From positions 31,728 through 95,727 of IMG/VR virus record IMGVR_UViG_3300027996_000011: DNA of 64,000 nt; one strand, 5' to 3'. Shown here piece after piece: positions 50,398 to 59,638 of this stretch (position 1 is its first letter; each line of letters opens with the position of its first letter). The position numbers and the translations under genes were made by a program. Below the pieces are notes generated by a model that worked only from the letters and a program-made list of their open reading frames with translations, did not search any database and was not told the DNA's origin. This DNA comes from a virus.

Positions 50398-51032
50398 TAC
50401 CCTCCGTCCTCATCTCTATCATACTCACCTGTAGGGGTAACATCAAAAAAGTGTCTTGAGCTTTTTCCTCTATCAATTCTGTCTTGTGAATTTTGTTGTA
50501 CTACTAGACCATCTTTTTCTTCTGATTTAACTACACCGTGTAACCAATCAACAAAGGGACCATAAAGAAACATACTACTGTCACCAAATAATTGTTTATA
50601 ATCTTTAAACCCTGCACCACTTGTTCCACCTCCTAGTCCTTCATCTGGGTATAAACCTAGTTTAGTAACATCATCTACAATTACATCTACGATGGGTGAT
50701 AACCAAGTAGAGACAAAATTAAGACCTTTAGCTGCCCTTAACCTTTTTATTACCAAGTCTTTCCAATTCTTATCTAAATACTTTAAAAGGTAAAAATCCA
50801 TTTTTTCTTGACCCATCCCATCAGTTAATTTTTCTTCTTTTAGAACGTCTTCTAGAAACGTAAGTGTGTGTGGGTTCCAACCACTATCTTTATTTACAAA
50901 ATGTAAAACAGTAGCTACTTTACCATTCACCTCCAAAATATCAGAAATATTTTTGATTTCAGTTAATGTGTCCGGTTCGGAATTTTTAACTATATTGTCT
51001 ACTCGACTTAAAAGTTTTTTTATTTTACTCAC
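50394..51032 (-). CDS. Hypothetical late protein
   Basis: 212 aa, GTG start, TATTTATA upstream. Confidence 0.65.
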   Translation of the reverse strand: MSKIKKLLSRVDNIVKNSEPDTLTEIKNISDILEVNGKVATVLHFVNKDSGWNPHTLTFLEDVLKEEKLTDGMGQEKMDFYLLKYLDKNWKDLVIKRLRAAKGLNFVSTWLSPIVDVIVDDVTKLGLYPDEGLGGGTSGAGFKDYKQLFGDSSMFLYGPFVDWLHGVVKSEEKDGLVVQQNSQDRIDRGKSSRHFFDVTPTGEYDRDEDGGY

Positions 51033-51052
51033 TTATTTTTTATTATAAATAT

Positions 51053-51083
51053 TTTGATTATTAGAATAAGATACTTATATTTG
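51053..51083 (+). promoter_or_regulatory. Bacteroidota housekeeping-sigma promoter for the basic ORF and tmRNA
   Basis: TTTG (51053-56), N19, TATATTTG (51076-83). Confidence 0.75.
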
Positions 51084-51109
51084 TAGAGAATTAAATATTA
51101 AATAGAATT

Positions 51110-51295
51110 ATGCCAAAATCAAGAAATAGAAAAAATCACAAGAAAAAAGTGTCTGCACGTAAACTTAGGGTAGAGTCCCAACAAAAACAGATGATTAAAC
51201 AGTTAGAGGAAATAAAAACTAAGTACGCGGAAGAACAACAATCAAAAGAATCGGAATCTACTGGTGAGGTACCTTTTACTTTAGATAAAAAATAA
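51110..51295 (+). CDS. Small protein with very basic N-terminus, abutting tmRNA
   Basis: MPKSRNRKNHKKKVSARKLR...; stop codon 3 nt before tmRNA 5' end. Confidence 0.7.
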   Translation: MPKSRNRKNHKKKVSARKLRVESQQKQMIKQLEEIKTKYAEEQQSKESESTGEVPFTLDKK

Positions 51296-51298
51296 TAT

Positions 51299-51707
51299 GG
51301 GGGTGACTGGAATTGATTGGCATCCGTCGATTAGTGTCAGCACGTCGAGCCTGAGTTAAGCTCGTAAAATCTGATTCATTTTTTTAACTGGCAAAACAAT
51401 TGCTAAGTTGGCAACTCTAGGACTTGTCCGTGAAACGTCAACAGTGGCTGTAGCGTAACTAAGTTACGATATAGCTCCACTCCTTCTAAAGAATTTAAGA
51501 TTTGTGTCTTTAGTTTTTGGAGTGTCAAATAGACAAATCGAACCCGGCAATAATTGTTCCGTCGGAAAGTTGGAGAACAATTGCGAAGGTCCCCAAGGTT
51601 GTTTATTCTATAAGGGCATTCAAAGACAAAGGAATAAACTAAACGTGTAGGATAGACGTTAGTAGAAGATGAACAAGACGGGGGTTCGATACCCCCCACC
51701 TCCACCA
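51299..51707 (+). ncRNA. ssrA: tmRNA (409 nt); encoded tag GKTIAKLATLGLVRETSTVAVA* at 51390-51458
   Basis: Acceptor stem GGGGGTG/CACCTCC with G3:U70, ACCA end, T arm GGGGG-TTCGATA-CCCCC, UAACU resume context before GGC. Confidence 0.95.
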
Positions 51708-51712
51708 AAAAG

Positions 51713-51737
51713 AAAAGGACCACTAGGTCCTTTTTTT
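51713..51737. terminator. Bidirectional intrinsic terminator
   Basis: AAAA-GGACC-ACTA-GGTCC-T7 between tmRNA and the convergent operon. Confidence 0.85.
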
Positions 51738-53118
51738 ATTTTAATATTTTTTCCAAACCTATTGGTTTATTTTCCAATACTTTAGATAAACCAAGTTCAC
51801 TTTCTAATTTTAAATTACCGTTACGGTCAATTATTATATCATCTTCTTTACCATCTTCACTTAACTTACCATTAATATAACTATTAAATTTAACAATTAT
51901 ATTTTCTGGTACTTTGTGTTCTGTACCACTTTCTTCATCCAACTCATCAAACATTAGTTGTTTTAATCTAATTTGTAAAATTTCTCCACTTTCCCAAGCT
52001 TGTAACCCCCCAAAATTAGAAATACAATTAGTTCCGTTTTTTTGTGTTATATCAAATTGTCCGAGAGGTGTTGATTTACTGTCTCCTTCATATATAGTTA
52101 ATTCTCTAGGTATTGAGGTTCCTTTCATACAGTGACGACTTAACATTAAGACTAAAGCGTTATTTAAATCACTTCTTAAATTATCTACTCGTTCAAAAAA
52201 TTCATTATTGTAAAAACCTGGTGCGTTAGTGATAGGTGGGTACGACCCTGTTATTGGACTGTTTTCTATTTTTTCTCTAATTCTTTTTAGCGTGTTTTTT
52301 CTTGGTGCTTTTATAGTGTGAATACCAGAATCAAGTGTTTTACCTGGACCAGCAAACACATAAGTATTTTCTAACACTATTGTTTCTTCATAAGTACAAC
52401 CAGTGTGTATGTATGTAACACCATCAATATCTACTCTAGTAGAAATTCCAGTAAAATCAGAATCGTCTAATCCTTCTGGACATGTATTCGTTTTACACCA
52501 GTAAGATGGACTAGTACTATCAAAACAACCATAAATCTTACCAACTGTTGGAGTTGTGTCTATTACCGATTCGTCTTCACTTTCGTCTTTTTCGTATTTT
52601 GGTTTAAATTTATCACATATTTGTTTCCAATACTTTAATGCTGTTTTTGGTTTAAGTGAATTTTCGTTTTTTGCATAATTTAATAGTGTTGCTTTTACGT
52701 GACAAATATATTCGAGAGTTTCTGCTTCCTTACCAGTTAAAGGTTTATAGTTGTCCTTTTCTTTATCACTTAGAGAGTCCAACGGTTCTTTCGTGGTATC
52801 CACATCAAATAATACATCCTTAAGAAGGATTCTTTTTAACTCATCTTCTAAGTTTATAAGGTTACCCCCTTTTTTCATGTAAATGTCAGCAAAAGGTAAA
52901 TTATCAGAAGATTTAGTACCATCTTCGTTTTTTAATGCATAGAACATATTATCTTCTATTCTATCACTACACGTTATACATTTTTGACTTTCTGTAAGAC
53001 TTACATTAAATTGGGTTAGTACGGTTTGTACTTCTGAACTTTGCGTCTGTTTTTCTAGATACTCTTTAATCTTATCTAGATTTTGTTCTAAAATTATACT
53101 TAACCCTTCCTTTTTCAT
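51736..53118 (-). CDS. Hypothetical protein (460 aa), putative head-packaged
   Basis: GLSIILEQ N-terminus and GLSKVLEN C-terminus; IYGCFD...GCTY Cys module. Confidence 0.65.
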   Translation of the reverse strand: MKKEGLSIILEQNLDKIKEYLEKQTQSSEVQTVLTQFNVSLTESQKCITCSDRIEDNMFYALKNEDGTKSSDNLPFADIYMKKGGNLINLEDELKRILLKDVLFDVDTTKEPLDSLSDKEKDNYKPLTGKEAETLEYICHVKATLLNYAKNENSLKPKTALKYWKQICDKFKPKYEKDESEDESVIDTTPTVGKIYGCFDSTSPSYWCKTNTCPEGLDDSDFTGISTRVDIDGVTYIHTGCTYEETIVLENTYVFAGPGKTLDSGIHTIKAPRKNTLKRIREKIENSPITGSYPPITNAPGFYNNEFFERVDNLRSDLNNALVLMLSRHCMKGTSIPRELTIYEGDSKSTPLGQFDITQKNGTNCISNFGGLQAWESGEILQIRLKQLMFDELDEESGTEHKVPENIIVKFNSYINGKLSEDGKEDDIIIDRNGNLKLESELGLSKVLENKPIGLEKILK

Positions 53119-55229
53119 TATTGTCCTGGTCTTAATTTACAATTATCATCACCTCCACCAGCGGCCGCAGCAGTATCGTATATTTTCTTTAAATTATCAA
53201 AACCATCTTTTCCTTTACAATACTCAACAAAATCTGAATTAGTTTTTACGCCCGCATTGTTTAATGCTATCCCAACATCCTTACTTACAAGTGTACCACC
53301 TATCTTACAACCACCATCATTACAATTACAATCATCACTACCAGATTTACAACCAGTACCACATTTTGCTAAAGGAATAGTTACTTCAAAATCACCATCA
53401 TCATATTTTATACTTTGTGGGTACTTTAATAGATACTTCTTATTTTCTTCTACTATTTCCATCCATGTATCATAATTTACGTCTGACGTGTCTGGGTCTA
53501 AATAAGGAAGTTTATTTATTTTTGTTTTAATGTCATCCCAGGTTGCTCCTTTGAATAGAGCAGCCCACTGATTCATATTTTGCATGTCATCGTATAAACT
53601 AGCGTTAAAGTTAGTTTCGTAGTAATCGGAAATTTGTGACATTTTTAAGATATCGGTTGCGTCTTTGTCCAGTATATTTTCTACAACCTCCTCGTCTGGT
53701 CTAAAAGTACCAGCCATATCCAAAATTACTTTGGTTATAGAGGGGACACCTAGTTCAAATTTATATTCACCAACAGTGTAATCTACTTCGTCATCACCTA
53801 AAATTGTCCACCAATTACCACCCGCGGCATTATTATTTAGTGTTGCGTATAAAGCTTCAGCTAACATTTTTACAGTATTTTCATCTTGTATAGAATACCT
53901 TTTTAAAAATGCTCTACTAAATTCTACATCATTACAGGTTACAACTGTGCTTGATTTATCAGCTTCTTGTGGAGTCCCGATTACATTTCTATATAATTTA
54001 CCTGTTAATGCATCACTAACCTTATCTGTACCCACACAATTTGAGAATGACTCAATAACTGATTTAAACCATTGCACCGGTGACAGTTGTGCTATATCTT
54101 TATCCCTTATACTACGATAGGTACCAAATATCCCCACCCCTATCATTAGAGCATAGGCTGAATCCCATACTTTATCTTTTGTTTTAATATTTCTGTTAAA
54201 TATTTTCGTAACATAGTTATACAAACCTTTTAAGACTGCACCTCCCATAACATAGTTATAGAATCCGGAAAGTAGTATTTCACCAGTTATTACTTTAAAC
54301 CACTGCTTATTTCCTACTACATTACCATACTTAATATTTCTAAACACTTTCATTGGGTCTACCGCTTTAGTTAAAAAACTAAAGTATTTTTCTAATGATT
54401 CACCTTCTTTACTTAGTAGTATACCTAAGTCATTTATTAACCTACTAGTTTTTTCCAACCCTAGAGTGTCTGCTACAGTTTCTATTAACTCATCGATTGT
54501 ATCTTTGTATTGAGCATATTTAACTCTTTTTGTAAAATCTGAACTAGACATTAAAGCTTTTTTTATAATTTTGGTAAATTGTGGGTTTGCTCCCATTAAA
54601 GCTATTATTGCTTTTTTAAGTCCGTCTGTTAACGGACCTCCTTTTAAGAAGGATTGTAGACTTCTCATAAATTCTTCTACAGTACTTATGGAACCATTTG
54701 TTACCTGCTTAAAGTATGATTCTAGTTCGTTAGTTGGTAGTCTTAGAAATGGTGGTATGGAGTAATATTCAGTATTATTCTCCACAATCTCTCTGTAAGT
54801 TTTTTCGTCTATTAATTGGTCTGGCTGGTTTGGAACTACTCGGTAGTAGTCCGTTTCTATTGCAATTTTTTCTCCCTGTTTGGTTGCTATCGTGGCTGAG
54901 TCCTTACCAAGTTCCTCACCTAACTCATTAAAATATCTAGTTATTGTCTTAATTTCAGTTCCTTTTTGTATTATCTCATTCCATTCGTCTTTACCCTTAG
55001 CAAAAATAATCAAGTCATCAAATTTGTTTAAGAAACTAGGTATCACACCATCAGTTTCAAAACCTAAATCATCCATGATTTTTACTAGTCCTTGTGGTGT
55101 TATAGCATCATCTAAAACTTTATTAATAATTTTAGCCTCAACTTGTTCCGATAATATATTACTAGAACTATTAACCATTATTTGGTTGATTCTATATAAC
55201 TCTTCGTTTAATGTTTTTTTACCTCGCAT
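53118..55229 (-). CDS. Large protein with leader type B, hydrophobic segments and Cys-rich C-terminus
   Basis: LNEELYRINQIM...ILSEQ; ALMIGVGIFG; CGTGCKSGSDDCNCNDGGC. Confidence 0.65.
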   Translation of the reverse strand: MRGKKTLNEELYRINQIMVNSSSNILSEQVEAKIINKVLDDAITPQGLVKIMDDLGFETDGVIPSFLNKFDDLIIFAKGKDEWNEIIQKGTEIKTITRYFNELGEELGKDSATIATKQGEKIAIETDYYRVVPNQPDQLIDEKTYREIVENNTEYYSIPPFLRLPTNELESYFKQVTNGSISTVEEFMRSLQSFLKGGPLTDGLKKAIIALMGANPQFTKIIKKALMSSSDFTKRVKYAQYKDTIDELIETVADTLGLEKTSRLINDLGILLSKEGESLEKYFSFLTKAVDPMKVFRNIKYGNVVGNKQWFKVITGEILLSGFYNYVMGGAVLKGLYNYVTKIFNRNIKTKDKVWDSAYALMIGVGIFGTYRSIRDKDIAQLSPVQWFKSVIESFSNCVGTDKVSDALTGKLYRNVIGTPQEADKSSTVVTCNDVEFSRAFLKRYSIQDENTVKMLAEALYATLNNNAAGGNWWTILGDDEVDYTVGEYKFELGVPSITKVILDMAGTFRPDEEVVENILDKDATDILKMSQISDYYETNFNASLYDDMQNMNQWAALFKGATWDDIKTKINKLPYLDPDTSDVNYDTWMEIVEENKKYLLKYPQSIKYDDGDFEVTIPLAKCGTGCKSGSDDCNCNDGGCKIGGTLVSKDVGIALNNAGVKTNSDFVEYCKGKDGFDNLKKIYDTAAAAGGGDDNCKLRPGQ

Positions 55230-57672
55230 ACTTCAGTTTTAATTGTTCTTCTCTTTGATTAATTTCTTCTTTCTTATTTATAAATACTTGGTCAGTATCC
55301 ATTAATAAATCTATCATCGTATCTAAATCATCCTCGTTACCACTATAAATACCTTTTAGTATTTTTTCAAGTTCTATTTCTCCTTTTTCTAAGTCATTGT
55401 CACCAAGTGTGAACAACCAATATTCCAATATTTCTTCATCTTCTGCATGGGCTTCTATTGTAGCTCTCCATAAACCATTAATATTATCAGTATAAGCGTT
55501 ATTTATTTCTTCAACAATTTCATTCACCTCTACTATTGAGAGGTCCTCACCCTCAACATTTACGGTAATTTCAGTACCATCATCAGATACGGTTACATCA
55601 CCATCAATTTCTTGGTTTAATATATCCTCTAATTCTCGTACTTCATCTAGGTTTTTACTCATAAAATTCTTTTGTAGGACAGCAAATAAAGTACATGTAG
55701 CACTTTCACCTATTTGTTCGGAGTCCAACTTAATTTTTATTGTTTTTAGTCCCACTATAGGTGCAGTATTTGATGCGACTGCAAGTGTGTCCAATAACAC
55801 ATTTTTACCATTTATATTTAAAGTTAAATCGAAACAACTTACTGTGTTTTTTATAGCAACACCCGCTAAAGTCGCTAAAATCATTTTAAATGGTACACCT
55901 AAATTATATTTCATTTTACCAACAAAACTTCTCCAAGCTTTTCTATTTGCAAATAATACTGATGACAGTTCATCTGCCCCTTTACTAAACTCAGTATAAG
56001 GTAAATTTTGTGTAGATTTTTTAAATGCTGGATTAAGTCTTCTTAAAGCATGAAATTCAACAACGTCTAGTGTTGAGAATCTTTTTAGAAAATCTATACT
56101 GGTTTTAGTATCTATATCCAACAATTTCATCATTTCCTCTTTGTTTTCTTTTAAAGCCTTAAACACTACCTGGCCATTTTTACCATATTTCGCAACCATC
56201 GATTTTTTACCATTTTCTAAACCATATGTTAAAATTTTAGCTAATTTTTTATCACTAATTTTAGCCACTTTAATAATATTTGATAGTTTTAGTACTTTTA
56301 AGAATGGTATAGTTTCTAATGCTATACCTAACACACCCCAGGCTGTTTGTCCTTGATGTAAGTCAAAAGCACCACTTGCTACACCCATTCCTGTAGATAA
56401 AGCTATTAGTGCAACCCCAACCGGTGCACCAACACCTGTAGCGGTAAGTACGAAACCTACGACTACCATCGCAACTGAAACCATATCCCACCAAAATTGA
56501 ATTTCGTCTTCTTCTTCTATTGTCATTTCTCTTTGTTCGAACTCACTTTCTGTTTTATCCATCCAGTCACTTTTTTCCTTTTCACTCATCGAGTCCCAAT
56601 TTTCTGGTCTTTCCTCGATAAACGCAAATACATCTCCAAATTTTTCCCTAATGTCTACCTCTTCATTTGATAGGGATTTTTTTCCAACACCAAACCCACA
56701 ATTTGTTTGTAGTAACATCTCAGCAAAATTTCTCATATCTTTAAAATAACGTCTATGTTGTTCTTCGTTAAGTGGGTAAGATTCAGATTCTTCTTTTTTA
56801 CCTCCAACCATATAAGCCCACTGTCCTGAGTTATAATCTTTTTCTTGGTTGTTAGTTCTATTCTTTATATAATTGGATACTAACTTTAGTACGTCATAAT
56901 CGTTAGAATCGGATAATTTTTTTTGTAATGCTTGTAATGTTTGTTCTTTACCACTATACCAATCTTTTTTATTAACACCTAAATCTTTTCCTGTTTTTGT
57001 GGAATAAGCTTTTTGTAGGTACATTAGGACTTTTGGTTTTACATTTTCTGGTATTTCAGCATCACCCACCAGATAAGGTCTACAAAAATATTTTGTATTC
57101 ATTTTTTCTCCACCCTCAAAAGCAAAAAGTGAGGGTATAACAACTTGACTGTCATCAACCTCAAACCCTGACATTTCATGTGTACCATCTAAAGCTAAAC
57201 CTGTTTTACAATTTATTTTTTTACCTGTTTGTCGATTAAAACAAACCTCTACTTCACCCAACATTACTGTTTTAATACCTGGTATGTACTGGTATAGTGC
57301 TTGTCCTTCAGCAATAGCATTATTTCTAAAAAAACCTTCTTTAGCGTTAAAGGGGTATAGATAACCTTGTAAATATATTTTAACTCTGGATGGTAATTTT
57401 TCATAGGTTGTATGAGGAATAACCGAAAATGGTTGTATGCCTAACTTTGTCAAAGCATTTTTAACCCCACTATCTAAATTTTGCCAAGCTTTCATAGCTT
57501 CTTCTTTAGTTCCACCATAACTTTTGATTGGTTCACTGGCTTTTACCGTAAGGTAAGAAAATTGAGGTTCTGTTTGTTCTTTTATTCTTTGAGCACGAAA
57601 TTCCATAATAGTTTCAGCTATAAACTTTACCATTTCGTGATGTGGTAATTGTATTTTTTTCTTTTTTACCAT
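55219..57672 (-). CDS. Large protein with membrane-inserting hydrophobic hairpin (putative ejection/channel protein)
   Basis: WWDMVSVAMVVVGFVLTATGVGAPVGVALIALSTGMGVASG...GVLGIALETIPFLK; no signal peptide. Confidence 0.6.
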   Translation of the reverse strand: MVKKKKIQLPHHEMVKFIAETIMEFRAQRIKEQTEPQFSYLTVKASEPIKSYGGTKEEAMKAWQNLDSGVKNALTKLGIQPFSVIPHTTYEKLPSRVKIYLQGYLYPFNAKEGFFRNNAIAEGQALYQYIPGIKTVMLGEVEVCFNRQTGKKINCKTGLALDGTHEMSGFEVDDSQVVIPSLFAFEGGEKMNTKYFCRPYLVGDAEIPENVKPKVLMYLQKAYSTKTGKDLGVNKKDWYSGKEQTLQALQKKLSDSNDYDVLKLVSNYIKNRTNNQEKDYNSGQWAYMVGGKKEESESYPLNEEQHRRYFKDMRNFAEMLLQTNCGFGVGKKSLSNEEVDIREKFGDVFAFIEERPENWDSMSEKEKSDWMDKTESEFEQREMTIEEEDEIQFWWDMVSVAMVVVGFVLTATGVGAPVGVALIALSTGMGVASGAFDLHQGQTAWGVLGIALETIPFLKVLKLSNIIKVAKISDKKLAKILTYGLENGKKSMVAKYGKNGQVVFKALKENKEEMMKLLDIDTKTSIDFLKRFSTLDVVEFHALRRLNPAFKKSTQNLPYTEFSKGADELSSVLFANRKAWRSFVGKMKYNLGVPFKMILATLAGVAIKNTVSCFDLTLNINGKNVLLDTLAVASNTAPIVGLKTIKIKLDSEQIGESATCTLFAVLQKNFMSKNLDEVRELEDILNQEIDGDVTVSDDGTEITVNVEGEDLSIVEVNEIVEEINNAYTDNINGLWRATIEAHAEDEEILEYWLFTLGDNDLEKGEIELEKILKGIYSGNEDDLDTMIDLLMDTDQVFINKKEEINQREEQLKLKYAR

Positions 57673-58367
57673 AGTGGGTTTCCTTTTCCTCTTGTTGTTT
57701 GGTAAGAGTCACCCCATTTAGTATTTGCTACTTGGTTGGCTACTCCTCTGGCTATACCAGAATCCCAAACACCAACTGAAGCTGTACCAGCACCAGCACC
57801 ATCATCTGACTCACCACTCTCAGTCCCTTCCTGTTCACCCAGTTCATACCCTAATTCCATATTATATTCATCAGAAGAGTCCATATAACTATCTTCAGGA
57901 CCATCACTATTAAAATTATAACCTTTTTTAATTTTAGAGTAGTTAGTTGGGGCTTCTTCAAAACCTTCACCATCTAATTCGGGTTGTGAACCTAAGGCTC
58001 CTTTACTATTAAAATCGTAACTTGACACGTCATCTGTGTCTGGGTATCCACCCTGTAGTCCAGACATGATATCCTCCTCAATAGTACCACCACAAGACAT
58101 TTGTTTTTCTTCTACTTCATCATAATCAAAAGAATTTACAACACTATCTATGTTGTCAGCCATTTGGGCGATTTTAGATTCCATCCAGTCATCTAATTCT
58201 TCACCTTTATCTAACCTATCATACATACTCTGAGATTTTTTAGCTATATTGTAAAGCTGACTTTTAGCCATATATGACTTTTGGTGGTTACCTTCTTTTA
58301 ATGGTTCTTTCTGTGAAATACCCATTATTTCTTTTACACGATTTATTTGTTCTTGTATTTTTGGCAT
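57666..58367 (-). CDS. Acidic head-associated-type protein with leader type B
   Basis: IQEQINRVKEIMG; MAKSQL...L..WMESKI module seen in T4-like phage hypothetical proteins; late motif upstream. Confidence 0.65.
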   Translation of the reverse strand: MPKIQEQINRVKEIMGISQKEPLKEGNHQKSYMAKSQLYNIAKKSQSMYDRLDKGEELDDWMESKIAQMADNIDSVVNSFDYDEVEEKQMSCGGTIEEDIMSGLQGGYPDTDDVSSYDFNSKGALGSQPELDGEGFEEAPTNYSKIKKGYNFNSDGPEDSYMDSSDEYNMELGYELGEQEGTESGESDDGAGAGTASVGVWDSGIARGVANQVANTKWGDSYQTTRGKGNPLW

Positions 58368-58380
58368 AACTAGTTCTTTA

Positions 58381-58388
58381 TATAAATA
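58381..58388 (-). promoter_or_regulatory. Putative late promoter TATTTATA (four-gene operon 58367-51736)
   Basis: 13 nt before ATG58367. Confidence 0.65.
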
Positions 58389-58423
58389 TAAATATACCGA
58401 TATTGGTGTTAAAGCCTATGTTT

Positions 58424-58702
58424 TTACCCTTCTAAAACATCAGGATTATCTTCGATATATCGATTTAACCCTTCTTGTAGTTCTAATGTGTCTACATTTT
58501 TTTGTATCGTTACAGTTGAGGTGTAGTCTTCTTCGTAATCTACCCAATCTACATTATCAAATAATTCACAATATTCTTCTAAATCATCTAAAAATATTTC
58601 TAGGTTTATTAATTTTTTTGTGTCTTTTTCCGAATATAATAATTCTACAAAAATGCTACCTCTATAGTCATCTATTGTGTGGGAAATAATTTCTTCTACC
58701 AT
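58424..58702 (-). CDS. Acidic hypothetical protein
   Basis: 92-aa ORF. Confidence 0.65.
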   Translation of the reverse strand: MVEEIISHTIDDYRGSIFVELLYSEKDTKKLINLEIFLDDLEEYCELFDNVDWVDYEEDYTSTVTIQKNVDTLELQEGLNRYIEDNPDVLEG

Positions 58703-58749
58703 AATATAAAATCTTTGTTGATTAAATATTAGGTTAAGTGTGAAAAGTA

Positions 58750-59163
58750 CTAGAGTCTACGTGATTTTAACCAGAAAATTTCTCTACCAGCTCTAGTTTC
58801 TAAAGCTCTTAGTTTTTGTTTAGATTTTCTTAGTTCTGAATTTTCGTTTTTTTCCAGGTCGGCCATTAAAAAAGAAACAAACTCTAACATATCTGCATTT
58901 AATTCTTCTACGTATTGTACTCTAGATTGCAGTTGTGTAATTTGTTCTTCCATTAAACCAACTATTTCTTCTGGTGAAAGAATTTGTTCTATTTCATCTT
59001 CCAAATCAGATAAAGTATTTTCATCTTCTAAATCCTCATCACCCATATCTACATCCAGGTCATCCATATTAAATAAAGTTTCATCAGCATCCATATCCTG
59101 TTCTAATATGTTTTTGATAACTTTTGTTAATTCTTCTTCCGATAGTGTTATTTTTTTTGCCAT
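58750..59163 (-). CDS. Acidic coiled-coil protein with leader type A
   Basis: KKITLSEEELTKVIKNILEQ; late motif upstream. Confidence 0.7.
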   Translation of the reverse strand: MAKKITLSEEELTKVIKNILEQDMDADETLFNMDDLDVDMGDEDLEDENTLSDLEDEIEQILSPEEIVGLMEEQITQLQSRVQYVEELNADMLEFVSFLMADLEKNENSELRKSKQKLRALETRAGREIFWLKSRRL

Positions 59164-59198
59164 AATCTTTTTTTTATATAAATATACAGATAATTATA

Positions 59199-59229
59199 TT
59201 TGGTATGTGTTTTATTTTTGTTACCTTTG
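59199..59229 (+). promoter_or_regulatory. Bacteroidota housekeeping-sigma promoter
   Basis: TTTG (59199-202), N19, TACCTTTG (59222-29). Confidence 0.7.
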
Positions 59230-59233
59230 TGGG

Positions 59234-59395
59234 GTGAAAGAAAAACTTAAAACACATAAACTGATTGGGGTCTCTAGTAGTGACCAAATAAAATTAGTTA
59301 GTGTTGGTAAATTAAAACAACGAGGTTTGGCTCATGTGGCTTACTGGAGTATGGGTAAAACTTATTTTTGGGTAAAACGTGGAAATAAAATTTAA
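59234..59395 (+). CDS. Small basic hypothetical protein (53 aa)
   Basis: GTG59234 just after the promoter; the track's upstream extension overlaps an opposite-strand gene. Confidence 0.55.
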   Translation: MKEKLKTHKLIGVSSSDQIKLVSVGKLKQRGLAHVAYWSMGKTYFWVKRGNKI

Positions 59396-59407
59396 ATAAC
59401 TAAAACT

Positions 59408-59605
59408 ATGGGACATTACGAAGATTTATTTTATGAAATACATGATGATATTAAGAGCAAAGGACTAAATAAGGAATTTCAAGCTCAATTAGAAAAAATG
59501 AAACACCAACCTAAACACCAATATAAGGAAGTTAGGGATAGGTGGAGTTATGCTCACAATAAAGTTACTACCAAATCTATAAGCAATAAAAAAGCCCTGA
59601 ATTAA
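59408..59605 (+). CDS. Small hypothetical protein
   Basis: 65 aa with A-rich leader. Confidence 0.7.
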   Translation: MGHYEDLFYEIHDDIKSKGLNKEFQAQLEKMKHQPKHQYKEVRDRWSYAHNKVTTKSISNKKALN

Positions 59606-59617
59606 CAGAGCTTTTTT
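59588..59617. terminator. Bidirectional intrinsic terminator
   Basis: A6-GCCCTG-AATTAA-CAGAGC-T6 between convergent genes. Confidence 0.7.
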
Positions 59618-59638
59618 ATTAATAAGTAATTTAGTTAC

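Noticed and set aside
51403-51723. 106-aa minus-strand ORF
   Set aside because: Antisense shadow of the tmRNA; VEVGGIEP is the reverse complement of the T arm and acceptor stem
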